This document shows, piece by piece, positions 28,272-37,015 of a DNA stretch of 64,000 nucleotides. Position 1 is the stretch's first letter; every line of letters begins with the position of its first letter. Position numbers and translations under genes: made by a program. Origin of the DNA: a bacterium (GTDB taxonomy: Bacteria > Hinthialibacterota > Hinthialibacteria > Hinthialibacterales > Hinthialibacteraceae); contig CAXXMV010000002.1 of NCBI GenBank assembly GCA_963662285.2, positions 1,696,001 through 1,760,000 on the forward strand. Reading direction: 5' to 3'. The notes beneath the pieces are model-generated. The model was not told where the DNA came from. It did not search any database and saw only the letters and a program-made list of their open reading frames with translations.

Positions 28272-28941
28272 AAACGCCCAGCATGGTATTGGTCAGCGGG
28301 AAAACTACCAGGTTGAAATAGAATCCCAATACATGGATATTAAACACCATACCCAAGACAATAATGCCTAACAGAATCATCATCGAATGCTGGCGTATCT
28401 GTTCGAGTTTAATCGCCTGCTCATAGGGCAGAATGCCCGCCAGGATTTTTTCTCCATCCAGGGGAAAAAGAGGAATCAGATTAAAAAAAGCCAGCGCCAA
28501 ATTGATGAAGACGCCATAAAAGGTTACCAAAAAACAGGCTCTTCCCAAAGCTTCCCCATGGGGAAGGCTTTCAAAAATAGCCGCTCCGGGTCCAATGATT
28601 ATAAACCTGAATATCAAGGATAAAACAATGGCCTGGATAATATTACTAACCGGACCAGCCAGCGCAATATACATGGAATCGCGCCGCACATTGGCCAAAT
28701 TGTATGGATTAACCGGAACCGGCTTCCCCCATCCAATTGTAGCCATCATAATAAACATCAGACCCATAGGGTCTAAATGAGCCGCCGGATTCAATGTCAA
28801 ACGTCCCATTCGCGCTGCTGTATCATCTCCGCATTTCAAAGCCATCCAGGCATGAGCCATTTCATGCACCGATAAAGCCAGAATCAGCATAGCAAACATA
28901 GCGATCCCTACTTGAGGATCTTGTAATATTTTCCAAAGCAT
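28261..28941 (-). CDS. Site-2 protease (peptidase M50)
   Basis: HEMAH, GRLTLNP..HLDP, ALAGPVSN, NLIPLFPLDG. Confidence 0.93.
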   Translation of the reverse strand: MLWKILQDPQVGIAMFAMLILALSVHEMAHAWMALKCGDDTAARMGRLTLNPAAHLDPMGLMFIMMATIGWGKPVPVNPYNLANVRRDSMYIALAGPVSNIIQAIVLSLIFRFIIIGPGAAIFESLPHGEALGRACFLVTFYGVFINLALAFFNLIPLFPLDGEKILAGILPYEQAIKLEQIRQHSMMILLGIIVLGMVFNIHVLGFYFNLVVFPLTNTMLGVSIF

Positions 28942-29134
28942 TCGCTTGACAACTCCTATTAAGTAATCAGCTTTAATTCATTTATTCATCTTGAAGATTA
29001 CTCTATTATATCTCGTCCAAGGAAAAGGAACTATTGGCATGAATTTATGGATTTGCGTCAAATCCCTTAATCAGACGCCTTAAATCACACATTTGTTCAT
29101 TTTGAAATGTAATTAATACTTAGGAGCCAATTAT

Positions 29135-29677
29135 ATGCAAGGTTACGTCACTAATTTTAATAAGCAAAAGGGATTCGGTTTCATCCGTTCAGATGAAGTA
29201 TCAAAGGATATTTTCGTCCATATCAGCAATATTCAAGACAAAGAAAGCCTGGTAGCTGGACAACAGGTTACCTTTGAAGCCGAAGAAACCCCCAAAGGTC
29301 TTGCCGCCACTCAGGTTATCCCCGGAAGAAAGCGATTGTCTCCATATAAGTTATACGGATTCCCGGCCATAATCATAACCATTGGTATAACTATCTTCCT
29401 GATCAAGTATGGATGCAATGCTTTGATTGCCTATATTATCTCCATTAACCTAAGCACTTTTATCTTTTATGGTTACGACAAAATCATCGCTGGAACATCA
29501 CTCCTGAGAGTCCCTGAGTGGATTCTGCACGGCCTGGCCATCAGCGGCGGCTCTCCCATCGCATTAATCAGCCAAAAGGTTTTTCATCATAAGACCATCA
29601 AGGAATCCTTCCAGATCGCGTATTGGATTATCGTAATTATTCAATTGATGATTTTGATTGCGATTAATATTTGGTAG
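29135..29677 (+). CDS. Cold-shock domain fused to a DUF1294-like membrane domain
   Basis: KGFGFI and DIFVHIS RNP motifs; YGYDK..RVPE..LH..GGSP..HHKT.K. Confidence 0.88.
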   Translation: MQGYVTNFNKQKGFGFIRSDEVSKDIFVHISNIQDKESLVAGQQVTFEAEETPKGLAATQVIPGRKRLSPYKLYGFPAIIITIGITIFLIKYGCNALIAYIISINLSTFIFYGYDKIIAGTSLLRVPEWILHGLAISGGSPIALISQKVFHHKTIKESFQIAYWIIVIIQLMILIAINIW

Positions 29678-29810
29678 TGGATAGTGGGTTGACTATAGAA
29701 TATATTATCAATTGAAAAATCAAGGATTTTGATAACGTTTTCAAAATGTATTCATGAAAATCATGATGTTTCAATACTTTTCTATATTCACTTTTGATTT
29801 GTGGTAAGTC

Positions 29811-29892
29811 TACTTTACACAAAATATTTTGTGTAAAGTAAATCCGGTTTTACTTTACACAAAGATTTTTGTGATGATTCTGCTTTACACAA
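29811..29892. repeat. Perfect 30-bp palindrome plus two partial copies at the fic 3' end
   Basis: TACTTTACACAAAAT|ATTTTGTGTAAAGTA (29811-29840); TACTTTACACAAA at 29851; TGCTTTACACAA at 29881. Confidence 0.8.
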
Positions 29893-30997
29893 CGGGACGG
29901 CCTTCTACACTATTTATTAACGACTTAAAAGCATATACCGCTGAACGTCTGCCGCTGCTTTTTTTAATAACGCTAACAATATCAGCATCTTGCAAGTGAC
30001 GTAAAATCGACGCCCCTGTAGTTTTGGTTGGGATTTTAGCAATTTCAGCAAAATCCGAACCTTTGAAAATTGGACGCACAAACAGTGCGTCAAGCGCATG
30101 AATAGAGTATTGAGAACGAGTTATTTCTGCGATAGACTTTTTTAAGTTTTGATAGAGTTCGAGAATCCCTTGGGTCTTTTGGATATTATCACGGGCTTGG
30201 TTCTGGATGGCGCTTAAGAAAAAGCGTATCCAACCGTTCCAATCACCTTTTCTGGAAATGGCGTTTAATCGCTCGTAATATACGTCGCGGTTCGATTCCA
30301 AGTAGGCGCTTATATAGAACATAGGGCTGGAGAGCAGTTTTTTATCAAATAGAAAGAGGGGAACCAGCATCCGCCCGATTCGTCCGTTACCGTCCAAAAA
30401 AGGGTGGATCAATTCGAACTGCGCCTTGAGCACTGCGAGTTGAACCAGGGAGTCTTTCTCTTCTGAGTGGTAATAGACTTCCCAATTTTCCATAGCGGGT
30501 TTCATGAGATCGACAGAAGGAGGGACGAAAGTTGCGTCATCAATCGAATCCCCTAAGACGCCTATGAAATTTTGTATCCTTCGAAAATCGCCGCGCGATT
30601 GGTTTCGTCCCCGCACGCTGTCCAAAAGCGTCTCATGGAGGCGTTTCAGTAGGTTCAGGCAAAAAGGACGTTCCTGCATATCACCAATGGCCCGTACCAT
30701 CGCCTTTCGGTAATTATTGATCTCCTGTATATCGGCTTGCTTAGATTCTTCAATTGGTTCTTCGGGTTCCGCTTCATATTCCAAAACGTCTTCCATACTG
30801 GCTTGGGTACCCTCGATACGTGATGAGAGAACCGCTTCCTGGGTGGTTAGAGGTGAGAGAAGAACTTTGGGATTTACCACGCTTTGCAGCATTCCGTCGT
30901 ATCGCGCCAAGGCGGCATTGGCCTGGCCGATTAACGAAATGTGGCTCACCCAATCTATGCACTCCAACGGTAGGGTATGTGGTTCGTAGGGTTTCAT
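29885..30997 (-). CDS. Fic family protein (N-terminal inhibitory motif, C-terminal HTH-like region)
   Basis: Fic motif HPFLDGNGRIGR; SSRIEG autoinhibitory helix. Confidence 0.93.
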   Translation of the reverse strand: MKPYEPHTLPLECIDWVSHISLIGQANAALARYDGMLQSVVNPKVLLSPLTTQEAVLSSRIEGTQASMEDVLEYEAEPEEPIEESKQADIQEINNYRKAMVRAIGDMQERPFCLNLLKRLHETLLDSVRGRNQSRGDFRRIQNFIGVLGDSIDDATFVPPSVDLMKPAMENWEVYYHSEEKDSLVQLAVLKAQFELIHPFLDGNGRIGRMLVPLFLFDKKLLSSPMFYISAYLESNRDVYYERLNAISRKGDWNGWIRFFLSAIQNQARDNIQKTQGILELYQNLKKSIAEITRSQYSIHALDALFVRPIFKGSDFAEIAKIPTKTTGASILRHLQDADIVSVIKKSSGRRSAVYAFKSLINSVEGRPVV

Positions 30998-31243
30998 CCT
31001 TAATTCTCCCCTTTAACATCGATTTTCCTCGTCACCACCGCCGAGATAAGCGATGAACAGTATTGAATGAGTTGTTGTATAGCACAGTCAATTCCTGATA
31101 GCAGAGCCTCTTGCAAAATACAAAAAATCAATTTTTTGAGAAATTGTTTTTGTTTAAATAGAAGAGAAACCTCTCCTAATCTATAATAAAGCAAGCAAAA
31201 AGAAATAGAAAGGAAAGGCTTCGTGAAATTACTACCGCAAGAC

Positions 31244-31292
31244 GGGCGCCAATGGCAAGACCGCAAGGTGTCCAGCCCTTGATCAAACCACC
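31244..31292 (+). repeat. Family A repeat with a decayed inner stem
   Basis: GGGCGCCAATGGCAAGACCGCAAGGTGTCCAGCCCTTGATCAAACCACC. Confidence 0.8.
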
Positions 31293-31316
31293 TTATATTA
31301 AACAAAAGTTCATCAT

Positions 31317-31333
31317 TTGGCATGTTTCTTGCC
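31317..31333 (+). promoter_or_regulatory. Putative sigma54 (-24/-12) promoter
   Basis: TTGGCATGTTTCTTGCC (GG-N10-GC) about 40 nt before the ORF at 31374. Confidence 0.6.
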
Positions 31334-31373
31334 ATATTGCGTATTAGCGCAATTCTAAAAAAAAAGGAGAAAC

Positions 31374-31850
31374 ATGATGGACGCTGTAATGTCAAACAAT
31401 GGAAACGAAAAAATTCTCGCGACGCTGGATCACTGTATCAGCAAAATGGCGGATGCACTCAAAAAAAATTTTGATTTAAACGACAATAGTTCTATATCAT
31501 TGTTTAAATCTTTTTGTTCTTCAATAAAAATCCGCGCAACATTCATGAAAAGTATTGAAAAAAAGATAGATAAGACCATCAAAAACATCGAACACGTCAG
31601 CAATATACTCAATTCTCAACCAAATTCAAAACCAGAAGCAAAACCAGAAGCAAAACCAGAAGCAAAACCAGAAGCAAAACCAGAAGCAAAACCAGAAGCA
31701 AAACCAGAAGCAAAACCAGAAGCAAAACCAGAAGCAAAACCTGTTGATTTATCGCTTTTATCATTCACGCCGCCCAAGAAAACTGGCAAGGATTACCAAC
31801 ATCCGATTCGTCCAAAGGATTTACAAAGCGGATTAGTCATAAAAAAATAA
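31374..31850 (+). CDS. Hypothetical protein with a (KPEA)9 tandem repeat
   Basis: AAGGAG RBS; 158-aa ORF. Confidence 0.65.
   Translation: MMDAVMSNNGNEKILATLDHCISKMADALKKNFDLNDNSSISLFKSFCSSIKIRATFMKSIEKKIDKTIKNIEHVSNILNSQPNSKPEAKPEAKPEAKPEAKPEAKPEAKPEAKPEAKPEAKPVDLSLLSFTPPKKTGKDYQHPIRPKDLQSGLVIKK
31629..31741 (+). repeat. Perfect 12-bp tandem repeat (AAACCAGAAGCA) x9.4
   Basis: Read directly from the sequence. Confidence 0.95.
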
Positions 31851-32085
31851 TCAGATCGCAATAACAATCCTGATTATTTGGACAAATGAAATTTGTCGCA
31901 GCCATGTTATGGATAAAAATATGGGAAGATGAGTTTATGCTCAATTCACTATCATTCATCACCCTTCTTGAAATTAGAGTTTTCAAGTTCCATAATAGAA
32001 ACCTAACATTTCAAGAATGCATCAAAATTCTACCCGGACTCTTTAAACCCCGGTTTCTATATGATGTTAAAGAGGAGAAACAGGC

Positions 32086-33063
32086 ATGACTCGCGTAGCT
32101 ATAGGCATCGATTTAGGCGGCACTGACATCAAAGGCGGTCTTGTTTCAGAAGACGGTTCCATCATCGGCAAATTCATAAAATCCACCGAAGGCCATCTCG
32201 GCGGACGTAAAGTAGTTGATAGAATAGGCGACCTCATCCAGGAAATCATTGATTCCGAAGCAATGAAAGGTCGCAAAGACGACCTGGTTGGCGTAGGCAT
32301 CGGCAGCCCCGGTCTGGTCGATCAAGAAAAAGGCGCCATTACCCGTCCCGTCAATATCCCGGACTGGGACTATTGGATAAATGTGCGTGAAATATTCCAG
32401 GAACGTCTCGGTCTTTTCACCTGGGCGGATAACGATGCCAATGTCGGCGCGCTGGGCGAAGCCTTGTATGGCAAAGGTAAAGGCAAAAAAGTTGTCATGG
32501 TGCTGACCTTGGGAACCGGCGTCGGCGGTGGAATTGTTAGTGAAGGCAAAGTATTCCACGGCTTCGCTGGTTTCGCTGGAGAGTTGGGACACATTATGGT
32601 CAATCCCAATGGCCCGGTATGCGGCTGCGGCAACGAAGGATGCCTGGAAGCATACACCTCAGCCACCGCTATCGCCAAATACGCACAGGATCGCATCCGG
32701 GTTGAACACATCCCCTCTATCTTAAAAGATATGGCCAAAGAAAATGGCGGAAAACTGACCTCAAAAATGGTGCATGACGCAGCGCTCAAAGGCGACGCCG
32801 TTGCTTTGCAAACCGTTGAACGGGCTGGCATCTATCTGGGCATCGGCATCGCTTCACTGACCGTTTCTTTCAATCCGGAAATTGTCTGCATCGGAGGCGG
32901 CGCCGCGGAAATGGGCGATATGCTGTTTGATCATGCCCGCAAAGAGATGGAAAAACGGGTATTCTTCCACTCGCATTACCAGACTCCAATCGTCAAAGCC
33001 CAGCTGGGCAACGACGCCGGACTAGTCGGCGCCGCTGGATTGGCTTTAACCGGCAGCTCATGA
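32086..33063 (+). CDS. ROK family sugar kinase (glucokinase-like)
   Basis: GIDLGGT, DNDANVGALGE, LGTGVGGG, GELGH, CGCGNEGCLE. Confidence 0.93.
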   Translation: MTRVAIGIDLGGTDIKGGLVSEDGSIIGKFIKSTEGHLGGRKVVDRIGDLIQEIIDSEAMKGRKDDLVGVGIGSPGLVDQEKGAITRPVNIPDWDYWINVREIFQERLGLFTWADNDANVGALGEALYGKGKGKKVVMVLTLGTGVGGGIVSEGKVFHGFAGFAGELGHIMVNPNGPVCGCGNEGCLEAYTSATAIAKYAQDRIRVEHIPSILKDMAKENGGKLTSKMVHDAALKGDAVALQTVERAGIYLGIGIASLTVSFNPEIVCIGGGAAEMGDMLFDHARKEMEKRVFFHSHYQTPIVKAQLGNDAGLVGAAGLALTGSS

Positions 33064-34163
33064 CATCCGATGAATTAAAAGAACATGCGTCGATGCTTGG
33101 TTTCGACGATCTGCGCATCGCCCCCGCCTCTCCTGATCACTGGGATCAATACCGTGATTGGATTGCGCAGGGGCATCATGGCGGGATGAAGTATCTCGCC
33201 AACCGCGCAGAGGAGCGACGCTCTCCAACTATATCAGATCAACCCGCCCGCAGCATAATCGTAGTCGCTAAACGCTACCTCACAAATCCGATCAAATCCC
33301 CCCCGAATCCATTCACCGCCATAGTTTCACGCTACGCTGTGGGAGACGACTACCACGATGTGATGGGAGAATCGCTCAAACAACTCACGGCTTACATCGA
33401 CCAACAAACAGGTGGATCGTATAAATCACGCTGGTGCGTTGATTCATCGCCAGTGATGGAAAAAGATTTCGCCGCCCAGTCCGGCATCGGGTGGTATGGC
33501 AAACAGAGCAACATCATCAACAGCCATTTAGGCGCCTGGTTTTTCCTGGGGGCGATTATCACCACCCTTGAGTTGGTTCCCGACCACCCCATACCAAATC
33601 GTTGCGGAACATGCATCAAGTGTATAGAAGCATGTCCCACCAAAGCCATCATTCAACCCTATGTTGTTGATGCAAGACGTTGTATATCTTACCTGACCAT
33701 CGAAAACAAAGGCCCCATCCCCGTTGAGTTCCGACGGGCTATGGGGCAGCGTGTATATGGCTGCGACGACTGCCTCGCCGTCTGCCCCTGGAACCGTTTC
33801 GCCCAACCCACCGATGAACCGGGATTTCAACCACGGGAAATATTGCGTACGCCGAATTTGATCCAACTAATGAAATTAGCCGATGATGAATTCCGCACGA
33901 TCTTTAAGGGAAGCCCTATCAAGCGCACCAAGCGCCGGGGATTATTAAGAAATGCCGCCATTGCGCTAGGTAATACCCATGATCCCGGCGCCATCCCGGT
34001 TTTATTAGAGGCGCTCAGAGATCATGAACCGTTGATCAGAGGACACGCCGCATGGGCTTTAGGTGAGATTGGGGGATCAAAGGCCGCGAAGGGATTACAA
34101 GAGGCGCTTGCTATTGAACAAGATGAGTGGGTCATCAGTGAAATACAACAGGCATTGAGATAG
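33060..34163 (+). CDS. queG: Epoxyqueuosine reductase
   Basis: SRYAVGDDYH, VDSSPVMEK, CGTCIKCIEACPT, RRCISYLTIE, GCDDCLAVCPWN; C-terminal HEAT repeat. Confidence 0.93.
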   Translation: MTSDELKEHASMLGFDDLRIAPASPDHWDQYRDWIAQGHHGGMKYLANRAEERRSPTISDQPARSIIVVAKRYLTNPIKSPPNPFTAIVSRYAVGDDYHDVMGESLKQLTAYIDQQTGGSYKSRWCVDSSPVMEKDFAAQSGIGWYGKQSNIINSHLGAWFFLGAIITTLELVPDHPIPNRCGTCIKCIEACPTKAIIQPYVVDARRCISYLTIENKGPIPVEFRRAMGQRVYGCDDCLAVCPWNRFAQPTDEPGFQPREILRTPNLIQLMKLADDEFRTIFKGSPIKRTKRRGLLRNAAIALGNTHDPGAIPVLLEALRDHEPLIRGHAAWALGEIGGSKAAKGLQEALAIEQDEWVISEIQQALR

Positions 34164-34179
34164 ATAATGGAGATAATGG

Positions 34180-34824
34180 ATGAGATTTTTTAACAATAAG
34201 AAACTCATGATCGAATGCATTGCGGTGATGATCGTTTTGATTATTGTGTTTATCTTAATTTTACCGCACTTTCTCAACGCTCAAATAAGTAGAAGAGTCG
34301 CAATACGAACAAAAGAATTACAGGCGTTTACCGCACTATTCCGTAGCAAAGAGTTGCAATACCTCCGGGAAAACGGATCTACGACAGGAGCGCCGGACAA
34401 CCAAAAAAAAGTGCACGATATAATGCATAGTTCAATGAACGAGATTGGCTCACTTATGAATATTAAATTTTTAATTTCTTCAAGGGGAGGCCCATGTATG
34501 ACGGAGTCTTTTCGGGAGTCACGGGACGGCTATGAGATGGAGGGAATGCATATTGTTACTACTGTGAATAGATTTAAAAATTACATATTATGGGTCACCG
34601 CCGCTCCAGTTACTACAGAGGGTGCAAGTTGGCCTCAGTTCAAAAACCGGTTCAGGGATACTATACTTCTACATAATTACATCAGTCAAAGAGGAACTGA
34701 ATTGGGCTATTACAACGCAGAATTTTACCGTGAGTATTATCGTCCATATACATTTGATGTCAGCAACGGGCTGGGCAGTGATGGGGCGATTATCGTTATT
34801 GAATCTGAACCGCTTGCTCGATGA
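34180..34824 (+). CDS. Degenerate pilin/pseudopilin-like membrane-anchored protein
   Basis: IE-hydrophobic helix-PHFLNAQ..RV resembles a pilin alpha1 helix but lacks G|FTL; C-terminal FDVSNGLGSDGAI. Confidence 0.55.
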   Translation: MRFFNNKKLMIECIAVMIVLIIVFILILPHFLNAQISRRVAIRTKELQAFTALFRSKELQYLRENGSTTGAPDNQKKVHDIMHSSMNEIGSLMNIKFLISSRGGPCMTESFRESRDGYEMEGMHIVTTVNRFKNYILWVTAAPVTTEGASWPQFKNRFRDTILLHNYISQRGTELGYYNAEFYREYYRPYTFDVSNGLGSDGAIIVIESEPLAR

Positions 34825-34859
34825 GAAGCAATGTCGTTAACTTAGGTGATGTTAAAATA

Positions 34860-35071
34860 CCCCTAACCCTAGTCGCTCTCCCGGAGGACACGGGTGCCAA
34901 GGGCAGTGTTCTTTCTGCCCTTGACGTTAACTATAGACTAACTGAAAAACTATGCTTATTTATCTTTTTTTAGAATTATTTTTCTGCTTATCGGTTGAAA
35001 CAGTGATCACATTATCGAATTATATGAGGTGAACTCAATCAAGGGCAGAAAATACACTGCCCTTGGCACCC
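34860..35071. mobile_element. MITE/REPIN-like unit: inverted 33-bp family-A variant repeats (34892-34924 and 35039-35071) around a 114-bp AT-rich core, abutting a family E half
   Basis: GGGTGCCAAGGGCAGTGTTCTTTCTGCCCTTGA and the inverted GGGTGCCAAGGGCAGTGTATTTTCTGCCCTTGA. Confidence 0.6.
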
Positions 35072-35183
35072 TATATTGTTCTATATTCAGCTAATAGTAT
35101 TTCTCATAATATCCCATCTTGATATTTGTAGGTAAAGATCAACCCGATAGATAGGGGATAACCCGGCTTAACTAAATTGCATT

Positions 35184-35205
35184 GGCCCACGAGGAGCGCC
35201 CCTAC
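35184..35205 (-). repeat. GTAG-REP-like family D copy
   Basis: Minus strand GTAGGGGCGCTCCTCGTGGGCC. Confidence 0.65.
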
Positions 35206-35216
35206 ATCTTAGTTGG

Positions 35217-36098
35217 CTAATTCAGTTCACCGAGAAACACATTCAAACCTTGTGACGAGGCTCTATCGTAAATTGGTTCAATGGATTCCAGAAATCGTTC
35301 TTTGCCGCGCCAGTATGGGAAATTCCCCAAACGCTTGGCAAGCGCTGCGTTAACCGGGGAAATTTCCACTTTCCCCAATAGATCATCTGATACCCCGCCT
35401 CCCTGCCAGAAAGTTGTACTCTCCGCTGCTAAAGGTTCAGGCGGGAAGGTCTCTTCCGGGATTTCAGTAGTATCAAACTCCGCATCACGCGAAACAGTTT
35501 GAGGAAGATTATTGAGCAACTCATCCCGGTCCATGCCGCGCATTTTGAACATCAGAAACGGGTCGCGGTCGAACTCTTCGCCGAGAAGATAAAAAACAGC
35601 GGCGATATGTTTGCAGGGATTGGACCAATCCGGGCAGTTGCAGTCAGTCTTGAGATCATTATATTTATTAGGGAAAAGAGATAATCCCAAATCGTCAAAT
35701 ATTTTTTCGATATCTTCCGGCATTTCCCCCGCCAAGAGTTTCGCCGTAAAAATCGGTTGTTCCGATAGCGCTTTAACTATCTTGTTCCAATCGCTTTTTT
35801 GTAAGGTTTTTACTTTTACGGTTATGGAATAAGCGCCGGAGCGTGAACCCTGTACTTTGGCTTTGATTGATCCGGCATCAACCTCAAGCGAGGTGACCTG
35901 GCCTTTGCGGGCGTAGCTGCGCCCCCGTCCCAACCGGGCGCCGATGTTAAAACTTTCCAGAACCGCTATCCAGCGTTTGGCCCACCAGCTAGTTCCAAAG
36001 GCGCCGCGCTTGGTTTGAGCCTTGATGCCGCCTTTAGCCTCAAGGGGAGTCGAAGGTGGGAAATATCTGAAATCATCATAATAATATCTTCGAGACAT
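35217..36098 (-). CDS. SWIM zinc finger protein (SNF2 partner)
   Basis: RLGRGRSYARKG, AKVQGSR, CNCPDWSNPCKH, DRDPFLMFKMRG. Confidence 0.9.
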   Translation of the reverse strand: MSRRYYYDDFRYFPPSTPLEAKGGIKAQTKRGAFGTSWWAKRWIAVLESFNIGARLGRGRSYARKGQVTSLEVDAGSIKAKVQGSRSGAYSITVKVKTLQKSDWNKIVKALSEQPIFTAKLLAGEMPEDIEKIFDDLGLSLFPNKYNDLKTDCNCPDWSNPCKHIAAVFYLLGEEFDRDPFLMFKMRGMDRDELLNNLPQTVSRDAEFDTTEIPEETFPPEPLAAESTTFWQGGGVSDDLLGKVEISPVNAALAKRLGNFPYWRGKERFLESIEPIYDRASSQGLNVFLGELN

Positions 36099-36109
36099 GG
36101 TTCATACCT

Positions 36110-36535
36110 CTAAAATGGGAGTTCATCGCAATCTACAGATGGGAAGGGATTTTTGTCATAATCTTTCTTATCAACATCATAGTCATTCTCGTAAACAGCA
36201 TGGTCATCAACGGTTAAATAAGGATCATCCCATAAATCCAGATTATAACCAGTATCTTTAGAAGAAGGAATTTTCTGTTGTTGCGTTTTATTATGCGTTG
36301 TCTTATGCGTTTCCTTGTTAGTTTTCTCTCCAAAGCGTTCGTAATATAAATCACGAATCCATATCTTGACCGGGGCTTTCCACTGTTCGGTCTTGCTGGG
36401 AATATTTTTCATTAGATTTTTAGGCTTGAAACCAAGTTCTTTCGCCTTTCTGATATCATCCATATTCAGGCGGCATAGTTTCTTCGCTTTAGCCCACTCA
36501 GCGTCTTTGGGTGATAGTTTTTTCTTTTTAGGCAT
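36110..36535 (-). CDS. Hypothetical protein (basic N-domain, acidic tail)
   Basis: 141-aa ORF co-oriented inside the SNF2-SWIM module. Confidence 0.7.
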   Translation of the reverse strand: MPKKKKLSPKDAEWAKAKKLCRLNMDDIRKAKELGFKPKNLMKNIPSKTEQWKAPVKIWIRDLYYERFGEKTNKETHKTTHNKTQQQKIPSSKDTGYNLDLWDDPYLTVDDHAVYENDYDVDKKDYDKNPFPSVDCDELPF

Positions 36536-36568
36536 TTTTTTACCAAATTACAAATTATCTGAATAAGT

Positions 36569-36982
36569 TTACTTAATAAACGGAGAAACAAAATTAATAT
36601 AACCTCTTGCGTCCGGGGTTAATGTAGAATGAGTATGGATAGAGTCTAGAACTACCTGCAATGCATCATTCCAAATATCTTCTGAAATATCAGCCCGCAT
36701 CGCGCGAATTACCTTTAACTGAGTCACCACTTCCTGTACGCGAAGATCGCCATACGTTTTCTTGAAGAGAATTACTTTCAAGGCATCCCTCAGTACGCAG
36801 TCATCAACCGTTTTATCGCTACGGTAACATGATATAAGGGTGAACTCAATATTCTGTAAAAGATCAAGATGATTTTCTGATATTCGCTTCATCATTTTTA
36901 TTGGGTCTTTGGTTTTATTGGCAGTCTTTTTCATGATAGTTTTCTTTTTCGAATCTCTCCGTTGTTTTGATTGCATCGACAT
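36569..36982 (-). CDS. Hypothetical protein
   Basis: 137-aa ORF co-oriented and tightly spaced with its neighbours. Confidence 0.7.
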   Translation of the reverse strand: MSMQSKQRRDSKKKTIMKKTANKTKDPIKMMKRISENHLDLLQNIEFTLISCYRSDKTVDDCVLRDALKVILFKKTYGDLRVQEVVTQLKVIRAMRADISEDIWNDALQVVLDSIHTHSTLTPDARGYINFVSPFIK

Positions 36983-37015
36983 AATCAGATACTCGTATGA
37001 ATTATTATTTTATGA

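Noticed and set aside
31629-31741. CRISPR array
   Set aside because: These are contiguous 12-bp units without spacers. No repeat-spacer array or cas gene was seen in the window.
31886-32089. 67-aa ORF before the ROK kinase; likewise 19943-20131, 31000-31395 and 53795-53992
   Set aside because: No clear RBS or motif; these AT-rich intergenic ORFs are probably spurious.
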